This document shows positions 20,160 through 30,064 of a stretch of 64,000 bases of DNA, piece after piece. Location of the stretch: assembly GCA_026129095.1 (NCBI GenBank), contig JAHCIT010000007.1, positions 62,001 through 126,000 of the forward strand. The letters are read 5' to 3'. Every line of letters begins with the position of its first letter. Position 1 is the first letter of the stretch. Source of the stretch: Deltaproteobacteria bacterium (GTDB lineage: Bacteria > JAGRBM01 > JAHCIT01). Under the pieces are notes generated by a model. It was given only the letters and a program-made list of their open reading frames with translations, searched no databases and was not told where the DNA came from. A program made the translations under genes and the position numbers.

Positions 20160-21359
20160 CTAAAATCCCAGAATCACCTTCCGGTACAGACTGAGCGGAA
20201 GGCCCCGTCCGTCGCCGATCAGGACGCTGGCGAACTGGTTCCGGATTTCCTCGTTCTCGACGGCCAGCTTCATGCTTCGTTCAACCAGTCGCGGGAAGCG
20301 GAACATCCGCTGCATCCGGTAGCCCATGGACATGGTATGGCCAAACCGGCGCATGCATTCCTTCCCGTAAGGATCAAGCTCCTTCTTTGTGTAGTTTCCC
20401 CCGGCTCCGTGTACCGTCAGGATCATCCCGGCGGCCGCCTCGCCGGACTCCAGAGCGTATTCGATCCCCTCACCCGTGAGCGGGTGAATGAATCCCGCCG
20501 CATCGCCCGCAAAGATCACCCGGTCGGCGGTGAACGGGTCGTAGTAGGATCCGAACGGGAGATAGTGTCCGCGAGGCTTCCCCTCACAGGTGGCGTTCTT
20601 CAGTTCCACCTGCATGCGGGGATTGAGCTTCACGAAGTCGTCGAACAAGTCCGGGAGCTTGCGACCCGACTCCTTCAGATAGTCCTCACGGATACCGAGC
20701 CCGACATTCGCCCGGCCGCCCTCCAGCGGAAACAGCCAGCCGTAGGCCGGCAGAAGCTGCTTGTCCCAGGATATTTCGAACGCCCCCGCCGAATCGGGCG
20801 CGACCCCCGAGTAGTACGCCCGGATCGCCCAGGCCCCATGCTTCGCTGTCCTCTTGTCCAGTTTCAGCTTGCGGCGGATGATGGAGTTCGCCCCGTCGGC
20901 TGCAACCAGCACCTTTGCGGCGTATTCATCCCCGCCCTCGGCTGTACAAATGATCTTGCCATCCTCGCGCCGGACTCCGGTCACGCGGCAACCCGACTGG
21001 AGCCTGGCGCCGGCATCAAGCGCGTTCTGGAGAAGCATGCTGTCCAGTTCGTAGCGGGGAACCACGAAACCCTGCCCGCCAAAGCACTCCTTCGGCATCT
21101 CCAGTTCGGCCAACGTACCAAATGGGGAAATCATCCGGACGGAGGTAATGCGGCGGTATTTCCCCTCGATTTTCTCGCGTAGCCCGAGCCGCTCGATCAT
21201 CCGTGTCGAACGCGGCGTGAGGCCATCGCCACACACCTTGTCACGGGGAAAGCGGGACTGATCCAGCAGGAGCGGGCGCAATCCGGCCCTCGCCAGAAAG
21301 TACGCTGCCGAGCTGCCAGCAGGACCGGCACCGGCAATCAGCACATCCACTTCAGGCAT
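20160..21359 (-). CDS. Geranylgeranyl reductase family FAD oxidoreductase
   Basis: GAGPAG; PRDKVCGDG; YGWLFP; GDAAG...PLTGEGI. Confidence 0.92.
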   Translation of the reverse strand: MPEVDVLIAGAGPAGSSAAYFLARAGLRPLLLDQSRFPRDKVCGDGLTPRSTRMIERLGLREKIEGKYRRITSVRMISPFGTLAELEMPKECFGGQGFVVPRYELDSMLLQNALDAGARLQSGCRVTGVRREDGKIICTAEGGDEYAAKVLVAADGANSIIRRKLKLDKRTAKHGAWAIRAYYSGVAPDSAGAFEISWDKQLLPAYGWLFPLEGGRANVGLGIREDYLKESGRKLPDLFDDFVKLNPRMQVELKNATCEGKPRGHYLPFGSYYDPFTADRVIFAGDAAGFIHPLTGEGIEYALESGEAAAGMILTVHGAGGNYTKKELDPYGKECMRRFGHTMSMGYRMQRMFRFPRLVERSMKLAVENEEIRNQFASVLIGDGRGLPLSLYRKVILGF

Positions 21360-21380
21360 TTCCCCTTCCCTTCCGGTCCC

Positions 21381-22097
21381 TCACCCTACCTTAAGATGCC
21401 GGGCAGCGGCGAACTCCCTCAGAACAAGCGACCCATCGGGGCGCACGTCGGTAGTGGTGATAGAGCCGTTCCGGACGTACCGGGTAACACGCACCGGCGG
21501 CCCGGTCCGGCAGAACCGGTCGGCCAGATAGGTGATGACATATCCATGACAGAATACCGCTATTGAATCGCCAGGATCGTGACTTTTGATGATGCCGCTG
21601 ACCGCACGGGTGAGGCGTGCGTGGAACTCCGCAGGAGTCTCTCCGCCGCGGGTAAGGCCCCGCTCCCACCGGTAATACATGGTGGGAATAACTGTCGCGC
21701 CGAGCACAAGAACCTTTACTCTATCCGGCAAAAGCGGTGCACCCGTCACCCCACGGATAAACCGCCAGGTCAGTTCGTCCTCCGAGAGTTTCCCCGCACG
21801 CACCTCCCGTAGGTCATCGGTGACCGTGATTTTATGGCCGGTAATGCCCGCCAGCGCCTCGGCCGTCTCGCGGGCGCGAATCATCGTGGAAGACCAGACC
21901 GACTTGATCGGTCGGCGGGCCAGCACCTGGGCGGCGGCCTCGGCCTCCCGGCGGCCCTTTCCCGAAAGCGGGCCCTCTTCCTCCTGTCCCAGCACCCGGT
22001 TCAGGAGGGCAAGGTCTGGGCCTCCTTTTGTTGTGCGAAACTGGTCACGCAGCCGCGCCGATTCCATCTCACCATGCCGGATCCAGTAGATACGCAA
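21381..22097 (-). CDS. Histidine phosphatase family protein
   Basis: RHGE; RARETA; LREV; HG; TTG start with GAGGGG RBS inferred. Confidence 0.85.
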   Translation of the reverse strand: MRIYWIRHGEMESARLRDQFRTTKGGPDLALLNRVLGQEEEGPLSGKGRREAEAAAQVLARRPIKSVWSSTMIRARETAEALAGITGHKITVTDDLREVRAGKLSEDELTWRFIRGVTGAPLLPDRVKVLVLGATVIPTMYYRWERGLTRGGETPAEFHARLTRAVSGIIKSHDPGDSIAVFCHGYVITYLADRFCRTGPPVRVTRYVRNGSITTTDVRPDGSLVLREFAAARHLKVG

Positions 22098-22179
22098 CGG
22101 ACGCCCCCTCCGGCTGCCATCCTGACCGCCGGTGCGGGGAATTCTCAAGAGCGGCGAACGTGTTAGACTCCCGCCATCC

Positions 22180-24033
22180 ATGCCACCCGATCTTTCACCC
22201 CATCCCAAGACCGTCTCCGCCCTGCAGGCGGTGGAGCGCATCCAGCCGGGCGAACGGGTCTACCTGGCCACGGGGGCGGCCGTGCCGGGGGCTATCGTGC
22301 AAGCCATCGTCGAAAGTCCCCGTCTCGCACCGGATATCGAAGTGGTTCAGCTCTTTACGCTTGGCGATGCTCCCTACCTAGGACGTCCCGGCCTCCGGTC
22401 GTCGGTTTTCTTTGTTGCCAGGAACAGCCGGGATGCAGTGAACAGCCAGGCTACATCTTTTTTCCCGGCACATCTTTCGGAACTGCCCGCCCTCATGCGC
22501 CACGGGCCGCTGGCCCCGGACGTGGTGGCCGTCTCGGTGACACCGCCCGACCCGCACGGTTTCGTCTCGCTCGGACCGTCGGTGGATCTCTCGCTTGCCG
22601 CCATGGAACCGGCCCGCCTCATCATCGGTCAGGTCAACCGCTTCCTGCCCCGTACCCGCGGCGCGGCGCTACTACCGGTACAGAGGTTTCACCTGCTGGT
22701 GGCGGCCGATGCTCCCCTCCCCGAGTACCAGGAACAGAGCGATCCCCGAATTGTCGCCGATGCCCGGAAGATTGGCGCGATCCTGGCTGACCTTGTACCC
22801 AAAGAGGCGACTATCCAGTGTGGCATCGGAAGCTGGATCGGCCATTCACTGAGAATGCTCGCCTCACATAAGAGCCTGTCCATCCACACGGAGCTGTTCT
22901 CTGACGGGCTCACGTCACTAGTCACGGCGGGAACCGCCGTGTCAGGAACCGCCAGTTTCGCCATCGGCTCGGCAGAACTGTACCGGTTCATCGGAACTCC
23001 GGACGGACCGGAGTTCGAGCCGTCGGATGATGTGTGCAGTCCGAAACGGATTGCCGCAATACCGAAAATGACCAGCATCAATACGGCTCTCGAAATCGAT
23101 CTCACCGGCCAGGTCTGTGCCGACTCCCTTGGTGGATACTTCTATTCCGGTCCTGGCGGATTTTCCGATTTTCAGCGGGGAGCGGCCCTTTCCCCCGGCG
23201 GCTGCCCGATCATTGCCCTGAGGTCCACTGCCATCGGCGGCCGTCACAGCCGGATCGTACCGTCGCTGGCCGCTGGCGCAGGTCTCGCCGCCGCACGTGC
23301 CGATATCCACTGGATCGTGACCGAGTGGGGTGCAGCCAATCTGCACGGAAAAAGCATCCGCGACCGGGCCCTGGCACTTACCGAACTGGCCCATCCCGAC
23401 TTCCGCCGCGAGCTGATGAACACCGCCCGCGAGCGGCGGCTGGTTTATGTCAAGGACCAGCTCCCGGCCGGTACCGAACGACGCTATCCGCACGAGCTGA
23501 TCGAGAAAGTCCTCCTGAAGGACGGCAGCACGGTGCGGATCCGTCCCCTCCGCCAGTCGGACGAGGAACGGCTGCGCGAACTTTTCTATTCTGGCTCCGA
23601 AAACTCCATATACCGCCGCTTCCACACCGCCCTACGTTCGTTTCCCAGTGACCGGCTGAGGCTGTTCTTCGACCAGGACTATCACAGCCGCCTGAGCCTT
23701 GGTGTGTATGAGACTGAAGACTCCGACGAAGCCCTCATCGGACTTGCCAGCTACGCCCTCGACCGCAAATCCCGTTTTGCCGAGATGGCCGTGCTGGTCC
23801 GTGACGACCGGCAGAAGCTGGGACTGGGTCCGATTCTCACCGAACGGCTCATCCGGATAGCCCGAAGCAAGGGATTCAAGGGACTCACCGCCTATATCCA
23901 AGCCGATAACCGGCCGATGATGCGTCTTGTGGAAACCTCCGGCCTGCCTTTCCGCAAGGAACTCAGCAGCGGTATCTATGAAGTCTGGATGCCATTCGCG
24001 CCGGAGCCGCCGGCAAAGGAGACACGCGGCTGA
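22180..24033 (+). CDS. Acetyl-CoA hydrolase/CoA-transferase fused to a C-terminal GNAT acetyltransferase
   Basis: QCGIG; HTELFSD; EIDLTGQV; VTEWG; then IRPLR...AEMAVLV...QKLGLG...N..M. Confidence 0.88.
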   Translation: MPPDLSPHPKTVSALQAVERIQPGERVYLATGAAVPGAIVQAIVESPRLAPDIEVVQLFTLGDAPYLGRPGLRSSVFFVARNSRDAVNSQATSFFPAHLSELPALMRHGPLAPDVVAVSVTPPDPHGFVSLGPSVDLSLAAMEPARLIIGQVNRFLPRTRGAALLPVQRFHLLVAADAPLPEYQEQSDPRIVADARKIGAILADLVPKEATIQCGIGSWIGHSLRMLASHKSLSIHTELFSDGLTSLVTAGTAVSGTASFAIGSAELYRFIGTPDGPEFEPSDDVCSPKRIAAIPKMTSINTALEIDLTGQVCADSLGGYFYSGPGGFSDFQRGAALSPGGCPIIALRSTAIGGRHSRIVPSLAAGAGLAAARADIHWIVTEWGAANLHGKSIRDRALALTELAHPDFRRELMNTARERRLVYVKDQLPAGTERRYPHELIEKVLLKDGSTVRIRPLRQSDEERLRELFYSGSENSIYRRFHTALRSFPSDRLRLFFDQDYHSRLSLGVYETEDSDEALIGLASYALDRKSRFAEMAVLVRDDRQKLGLGPILTERLIRIARSKGFKGLTAYIQADNRPMMRLVETSGLPFRKELSSGIYEVWMPFAPEPPAKETRG

Positions 24034-26366
24034 AACCGCTGAATACACTGATCCTTGTACTGGCCGTTTTCTGGCTGTTCGCCCCGGCCTTCGTGAACGG
24101 CGAAACCCTCTGGTCGCGGGATATCGCCGTCAACCACCTGCCGAATCTCGGCTACTGGATGCACCGGGTAGCCGGGGGAGAACTTCCCCACTGGAACCCC
24201 TATTCCGGAGGCGGCATGCCCTATGCCGCTGACCCGGTGCAGGGGACATTCTACCCGCCAAAGCTGCTCATCCTGGCGACGAGCGACCCCGTAACCGCCT
24301 ACAACTGGATCATTGCGCTGCACATGCTGGTTGCGGCGCTGGGCCTTGAACGGCTCCTTCGGGGTGCCGGTCTTGGCGCATTCGGAGCACTGGCCGGGGC
24401 GCTCATCTTCCTGTTCAGCGGGCCTATGGCAGCCGATACCCGGCAAACCCAGTTCATGTTCGCCCTTGCCTGGATGCCCTGGATGCTGGATGCTGCCCGG
24501 TGCCATCTTGCGGCCGGCGACTGCCTTTCGGGCCCGCTGCTTTCTGTATACGGCGGCCTGATACTCCTGGCTGGCGAACCGCAAACTTTCCTTGTCGCGT
24601 GGGGCACCGTGCTCCTTTACTGGTTCTGTACACCCGCTCCTATAGAACCGGGATCTCCGCGGAAAACACTCGCCACCAGCATTGGCAGCGCAGCCCTGTG
24701 GGGATCGCTCGGTATTGGGCTCAGCCTCATCCAGTGGGTTCCGGCCTGGATCATCGCGCAGGAGTCATCCCGTGCGACAGCGGGACTTGGCTATGCGGCG
24801 GCCGCCGAATGCTCCTTCCATCCGGTACGGCTCATGGAACTGTTCCTGCCACAGGTATTCGGCAGCGACATACGGGAGATGACCGCCTGGAGTCCGAAAT
24901 TCTCCTGCAGCGAGCAGATGCCGGTGTTCTATTTCCATTCGTTGTACACCGGCATTGCTACCCTTGCTCTCCTGCCGCTGGTATTCGTGAAAACACGCGA
25001 TGCGCGGCCGGTGGCCGTCCTCAAAACTTTAGCCCTCTGGCTCACGGGGCTGTCACTGGTGATCTCGATGGGACCATCCAGTCCCATTGATCTCTACCGT
25101 ATCCTTTACGACTGGTTGCCATCATGGAACCGGCTCCGGTTCCCGGAGCGGCTACTCCCATGGACGGCACTGGGGTTATCGGTCCTCGCAGCCATCGCCG
25201 CGAACCGATGGGAGACATCGCTCCGACTTCGGGACAGGCGGCGGTGGTACCCGGCTGTGGCTGCGGCAATTCTTCTGGCAATCATTGTTCTGCCTCCCTG
25301 GACGGCGATTTTCTCCAAACTGGACCCCCGTGCCTTCACATGGGCCGAGCCGGTGATCCTCCATGCGGCTAGAGACGGCCTCGCCGCTGCCCTCCTCTCC
25401 CTCGCAGTGTTTGTGATCACCGCCTTACGCTGGCCCGGCACGGCGGGCTTGCTGCTACCGGTTCTGCTGTTCATGGACGCTGGCAAACAGGCGGGGCGGA
25501 CGATGGACTTCTGGCCCGACCCGGCGTTCATCCGGACCGAGCCGGAACTCGCCTCTCATCTCCGCATCCTGAACAGTTCCGGCCCGGCACCGCTCCGGTA
25601 CGGTCCTCCCGGTGTACTGGTTACCCCTGCCAACCAGTATCGGGTGGCCGATCCGGTCACTCTGGCCGCCGCCAAGAACGCTGCCCTCGCCATCGACCAG
25701 GGGATTCTGTACCAGGTATCGGCCACCGCCACCGGCAACACACTGAAGTCGGCACGGCTGGAACTCGCCGAGCATTTTCTGGATCCTGTCCTTTACGAAC
25801 GGCTCCACGGGGCGTCGGTCATCGTCGCCGACCGGCAGTTTCCGCTGGAGAGCAAACAGTTCCACGCCGTTCATGAAACCCCGCAGGTAACAGTCTACCG
25901 GAACGGCGGGAACTCTTCCCGCGTGATCTGTCCCAGCTGGTGGGACAGCCTTCCCGATAACGAGGGAACTGTGCGGTTCATGGCTACCCCCGCCAGCCAG
26001 TTCGATCCCGACACAATGGCCGTCGGTCCGTTTGCCTCGGCCGGCACACGGGACACGCCAGCCGTAACCTGCCGTCTCGTCTCCTGGTCGGAGGAGCGGT
26101 ACGAGATAGAGGTGACACAAACTGACGATGCGCCGGTTGTCCTGCGTGAACTGTTTACCTCCGGATGGACGGCAAGGCTCGAAAATGTCCGCCCGCTCGA
26201 CATCCTGCCTGCCAACCATCTCCACCAGGCGGTGGTGGCTGGCCCCGGTAAGCACCGGATCATTTTTGAATACCGGACGCCGGGGCTTCTGGCGGGGGCC
26301 GCCGGAACGCTACTATCGCTCGTTCTCTTGGGACTGCTTGCCGTCCGACCGCGCCAGACGCACTGA
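24030..26366 (+). CDS. YfhO-family membrane protein (GT-C-like)
   Basis: LPHWNPYSGGGMPYAAD..GTFYP; LRFPER; C-terminal GWTA...AN...PGKH.I.FEY; start may be CTG at 24030, otherwise GTG at 24093. Confidence 0.85.
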   Translation: MKPLNTLILVLAVFWLFAPAFVNGETLWSRDIAVNHLPNLGYWMHRVAGGELPHWNPYSGGGMPYAADPVQGTFYPPKLLILATSDPVTAYNWIIALHMLVAALGLERLLRGAGLGAFGALAGALIFLFSGPMAADTRQTQFMFALAWMPWMLDAARCHLAAGDCLSGPLLSVYGGLILLAGEPQTFLVAWGTVLLYWFCTPAPIEPGSPRKTLATSIGSAALWGSLGIGLSLIQWVPAWIIAQESSRATAGLGYAAAAECSFHPVRLMELFLPQVFGSDIREMTAWSPKFSCSEQMPVFYFHSLYTGIATLALLPLVFVKTRDARPVAVLKTLALWLTGLSLVISMGPSSPIDLYRILYDWLPSWNRLRFPERLLPWTALGLSVLAAIAANRWETSLRLRDRRRWYPAVAAAILLAIIVLPPWTAIFSKLDPRAFTWAEPVILHAARDGLAAALLSLAVFVITALRWPGTAGLLLPVLLFMDAGKQAGRTMDFWPDPAFIRTEPELASHLRILNSSGPAPLRYGPPGVLVTPANQYRVADPVTLAAAKNAALAIDQGILYQVSATATGNTLKSARLELAEHFLDPVLYERLHGASVIVADRQFPLESKQFHAVHETPQVTVYRNGGNSSRVICPSWWDSLPDNEGTVRFMATPASQFDPDTMAVGPFASAGTRDTPAVTCRLVSWSEERYEIEVTQTDDAPVVLRELFTSGWTARLENVRPLDILPANHLHQAVVAGPGKHRIIFEYRTPGLLAGAAGTLLSLVLLGLLAVRPRQTH

Positions 26367-26503
26367 ATCGCCCTTAAGGGCACGCCTCAGGCAGCCGATT
26401 TTGACGCCGTGCGGCCATCGGCTACGTTAGGCGGCCTTACGGTACGGCCCATGGGCTGGAAATTACAGGGCTTTGAAGCCCTCAGAGGACGGTAGCGACC
26501 CAC

Positions 26504-27520
26504 ATGATCGTAGTATTCAAGCCGGATGCGACCCAGGAACAGGTTGACCAGGTGGCCGAACAGGTCACAGGCATGGGGCTCCGGGTCCACTTCAACAAAG
26601 GCGCGGAGCGGACGATCATGGGAGCGGTTGGCGACGACCGCAAGCTCCAGAGCGCCAACTGGCAGAGCTGGCCAGGCGTCGAGCAGGTGATCCCGATTCT
26701 TGCCCCGTACAAGCTGGTGAGCCGCGACTTCCAGAAGCACGATTCATCCATTGACGTGCGCGGCGAGCGGATCGGCGCGAAGGACAAGATGCAGGTGATG
26801 GCGGGTCCGTGCTCGGTGGAGAGCGTCGAACAGATGATGCACCTGGCCGATGTGGTGAAGACCGAGGGCCTGGGGTTCATGCGTGGCGGCGCCTACAAGC
26901 CCCGCACCTCGCCCTATGCCTTCCAGGGACTGGAGAGCGAGGGACTCGACATCCTCATGGAAGCCAAGAAGAAGACCGGCCTCCGCATCGTAACCGAACT
27001 GATGGACCCGCGCGACATTCCGCTATTCGAGGGCCGGGCCGACGTGATCCAGATCGGCGCACGAAACATGCAGAACTTCCGGCTGCTGAAGGAAGTGGGG
27101 CAACTGAAGACCCCGGTGCTCCTGAAGCGGGGCCTCGCCAATACGCTGAAGGAACTGCTCATGGCAGCCGAATACATCGCCGCCGGCGGCAACCTGAACA
27201 TCATCCTGTGCGAGCGCGGCATCCGCACGTTCGAGACCGACACCCGCAACACCTTCGATGTGAGCGCCATTCCGGTGCTGAAGGAAAAGACGCATCTCCC
27301 GGTCATCGCCGACCCCTCGCACGCCGGTGGGCGCTGGGATCTGGTGGAGCCTCTGGCACTGGCTGCCGTCGCCGCCGGAGCCGACGGCCTCATCGTCGAG
27401 ATTCACCACCAGCCGGAGAAGGCCCTCTGCGACGGCGACCAGGCGCTAAAGCCACCCAAGTTCGTCAAGCTGATGGAGAAGATCCGCGCCGTCGCCAAGA
27501 TCGTCGGCCGCGACGCCTGA
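26504..27520 (+). CDS. aroF: DAHP synthase type I-beta with N-terminal regulatory domain
   Basis: AGPCSVES; KPRTSPY; IGARNMQN; DPSH. Confidence 0.95.
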   Translation: MIVVFKPDATQEQVDQVAEQVTGMGLRVHFNKGAERTIMGAVGDDRKLQSANWQSWPGVEQVIPILAPYKLVSRDFQKHDSSIDVRGERIGAKDKMQVMAGPCSVESVEQMMHLADVVKTEGLGFMRGGAYKPRTSPYAFQGLESEGLDILMEAKKKTGLRIVTELMDPRDIPLFEGRADVIQIGARNMQNFRLLKEVGQLKTPVLLKRGLANTLKELLMAAEYIAAGGNLNIILCERGIRTFETDTRNTFDVSAIPVLKEKTHLPVIADPSHAGGRWDLVEPLALAAVAAGADGLIVEIHHQPEKALCDGDQALKPPKFVKLMEKIRAVAKIVGRDA

Positions 27521-27618
27521 GGATACGCCGCTTCCCCTCCCGAAGTGGAGTAACTGGCGAGCCGAAAGGCCACTTCCCCGCCTTGCCCCCTGCCCTTCCT
27601 CTCCGGAATACTCCCGCC

Positions 27619-28161
27619 GTGAGCGCCGATCCCGAGTCGAGGAATCCGCCGGTTGAGCTCTCCCGCATGCGGGAACTCGACCTCGACGAGATCATGCGGG
27701 TCGAAAGGCTGTCGTTCAGCTCCCCCTGGAAACGGGACATGTTCCTGGAGGAGCTGAACCGGCACCACTCAGTCACCTGGGTGGCGCGGGCAGCGGGACT
27801 TTCCGCCAGACCCCTGATCGGTTATGTGATGTTCTGGCTGATCGCTGATGAACTGCATATCCTCAACATCGCCGTCGATCCCGACTGGCGGCAGATGGGG
27901 ATCGGCACCAGGCTCATGGAAACGGTGCTCACCGCCGCCAAGGGGCATCAGAGCGCGCTCATCGTGCTGGATGTCCGTCCGGCCAACCGGGCGGCCCGGA
28001 AACTCTATGAGAGATTCGGTTTCAGGACCGTGGGCGTCCGGCCGCAGTATTATTCGGACACCGGCGAGGATGCGCTGGTGATGGTGCGCGAGGCCCCGTT
28101 CGAGCCCATGTGCCCCGGCAAACCGGCCGGCGGCAGTCCAGCAAGCGAAGGGAACCCATGA
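27619..28161 (+). CDS. rimI: Ribosomal protein alanine N-acetyltransferase
   Basis: ELHILNIAV; LDVR..N; YY.DTGEDALVM; 3' part of track ORF 26809..28161. Confidence 0.9.
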   Translation: MSADPESRNPPVELSRMRELDLDEIMRVERLSFSSPWKRDMFLEELNRHHSVTWVARAAGLSARPLIGYVMFWLIADELHILNIAVDPDWRQMGIGTRLMETVLTAAKGHQSALIVLDVRPANRAARKLYERFGFRTVGVRPQYYSDTGEDALVMVREAPFEPMCPGKPAGGSPASEGNP

Positions 28162-28955
28162 CCGTCGAAACTCCTGTTACCGCAAGCTTCCAGTCGGCCC
28201 GTCGTCTTTCGCCGGGCAATGACCCAGCCGGAGCCATGTACGAGATCAGGTTCCGGATGCTATCCGGCCACCAGCCGGCCCGTCCGGGCCAGTTTTATAT
28301 GGTCCGCCCGGCCATCGGCTCTGCGCCGCTGCTTCCCCGCCCGCTTGCGCCGTTTCTGGACACCAGGGACGAGATCGCCTTCGGCATCCGGGTGATAGGC
28401 GACGGCACACGGCGCATGATCGCTGCGATGAAAGGCGAGCCGTGGACCGTACTGGGGCCTTACGGCAACGGATTCGACGCGCCCGTCACTCCCAGGGAAA
28501 AGATATGGCTCGTGGGTGGCGGCATCGGCGTGCCCCCGCTCGTTCACCTGGCCAGCCAGTATCCATCTGACTACACGGCGATCATCGGCGCGAAAACCGG
28601 TGGTGAACTCCACTGGACCCGGCAGTTCGGCGGCGCGGGGGTGTTCCTCTCGACCGACGACGGCTCGGAAGGTTTCAGGGGGACGGCGGCAGACCTGCTG
28701 CGCCATCTTCTGTCCAGGGCCACCAAGCCCGACCGGATCATCACCTGCGGTCCCCACCCGCTCATGGCGGCCACGGCTGCCATTTGCCGCGCCGCCAACA
28801 TCCGGTGCGATGTATCGCTTGAGGAACGGATGGCCTGTGGTACCGGAATCTGCATCAGCTGCGTTTGCCGTATCCGCACGCCAGACGGTAACTACCGCCA
28901 TGCCCGCGTCTGCGCGGAAGGCCCTGTTTTCCCCGCCGAGGAGGTTCACTGGTGA
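28158..28955 (+). CDS. pyrK: Dihydroorotate dehydrogenase electron transfer subunit
   Basis: PGQF; GGGIG; CGP; MACGTGICISC...C.EGPVF. Confidence 0.92.
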   Translation: MTVETPVTASFQSARRLSPGNDPAGAMYEIRFRMLSGHQPARPGQFYMVRPAIGSAPLLPRPLAPFLDTRDEIAFGIRVIGDGTRRMIAAMKGEPWTVLGPYGNGFDAPVTPREKIWLVGGGIGVPPLVHLASQYPSDYTAIIGAKTGGELHWTRQFGGAGVFLSTDDGSEGFRGTAADLLRHLLSRATKPDRIITCGPHPLMAATAAICRAANIRCDVSLEERMACGTGICISCVCRIRTPDGNYRHARVCAEGPVFPAEEVHW

Positions 28956-30061
28956 GCCCGAAGAAAAAAGCCAAGGCCCCTGCCCGCAAGGCGGCATCCA
29001 AAGCCAGAGGGAAAAGACCGGCTACGAAGTCCGTCAGCCGCCCGAAGACACGGATCACCGTGAAAGCAGCCCACCGGCCTGCCGAAAAGCTCCCGCCGGT
29101 GGATCTCACCGCGCAGGTCGGAACCCTGGTGTTCAAGAACCCGGTCATGCTCGCCTCCGGGTGCGGCGGCTACGGCCCGGAACTGAAGGAGTTCTACGAG
29201 CCGTCCATCCTGGGCGGCATCGTCGTCAAGAGTCTCTCGCTGAAGGCCCGGCTGGGGAATGCTACTCCCCGCACCGTGGAAACGGCCTCTGGCATGCTGA
29301 ACGCCATCGGTATCCAGAGCGGCGGTATTCATGACTTCATCGAGACAAAGCTCCCGGCGCTCACCGGCGCCCGGACCGTCGTCATCGCCTCGATCTTCGA
29401 GGAAACCATTGGCGGCTATGCTGAACTGGCAAAAGTTCTGGACCATGTGGAGCGCGTGAACGGGATCGAGGTGAATCTTTCCTGCCCGAACGTGGAAAAG
29501 GGCGGGATCGTGTTCGGCACCGACCCCTCACAGGCGGCACTGGTCATCGAGGCGGTCCGCCGGGCCACCACCAAGCCGGTCTGGGCGAAGCTCTCGCCGA
29601 ATGTCACCAGCGTGGTGGATATCGCCAAGGCGGTGGAGAGCGCAGGTGCCGACGCCGTGACCGCCATCAACACCCTGCAGGGGATGGCCGTTGACTGGCG
29701 CGCCCGGAAGCCGGTCCTCGCCAACCGGACAGGTGGCCTGTCAGGCCCGGCCATCAAGCCTGTGGCTCTCAGAATCGTGGACGAACTGAAGCGCTCCGAC
29801 CTCGGGATTCCGATTGTTGGCGCTGGGGGAATCTCCAGCGCCGAGGATATTTGCGAGTTTCTGGCGACGGGGGCTTCGGCGGTGCAACTCGGTACGATCA
29901 ACTATCTGGACCCCAAGGCCGCGCCCCGGCTCATCACCGACCTTAACCGGCTGCTGGCGAAGGAAAATATCCCCAGTGCCCGGAGCCTCGTCGGGGCAAT
30001 CTCCGGGGGCTCGATGAAACAGATGTCCCGTGATCTCGCCGAATTTTTCAAGAGCTTTTAG
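28952..30061 (+). CDS. pyrD: Dihydroorotate dehydrogenase 1B catalytic subunit with basic N-terminal extension
   Basis: NPVMLASG; NLSCPNV; KLSPN; GGLSGPAIKP. Confidence 0.95.
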   Translation: MSPKKKAKAPARKAASKARGKRPATKSVSRPKTRITVKAAHRPAEKLPPVDLTAQVGTLVFKNPVMLASGCGGYGPELKEFYEPSILGGIVVKSLSLKARLGNATPRTVETASGMLNAIGIQSGGIHDFIETKLPALTGARTVVIASIFEETIGGYAELAKVLDHVERVNGIEVNLSCPNVEKGGIVFGTDPSQAALVIEAVRRATTKPVWAKLSPNVTSVVDIAKAVESAGADAVTAINTLQGMAVDWRARKPVLANRTGGLSGPAIKPVALRIVDELKRSDLGIPIVGAGGISSAEDICEFLATGASAVQLGTINYLDPKAAPRLITDLNRLLAKENIPSARSLVGAISGGSMKQMSRDLAEFFKSF

Positions 30062-30064
30062 CAA

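Noticed and set aside
26809-27618. 450-aa ORF overlapping aroF
   Set aside because: The 5' part is an off-frame shadow of aroF; only the 3' part (rimI) is protein-like.
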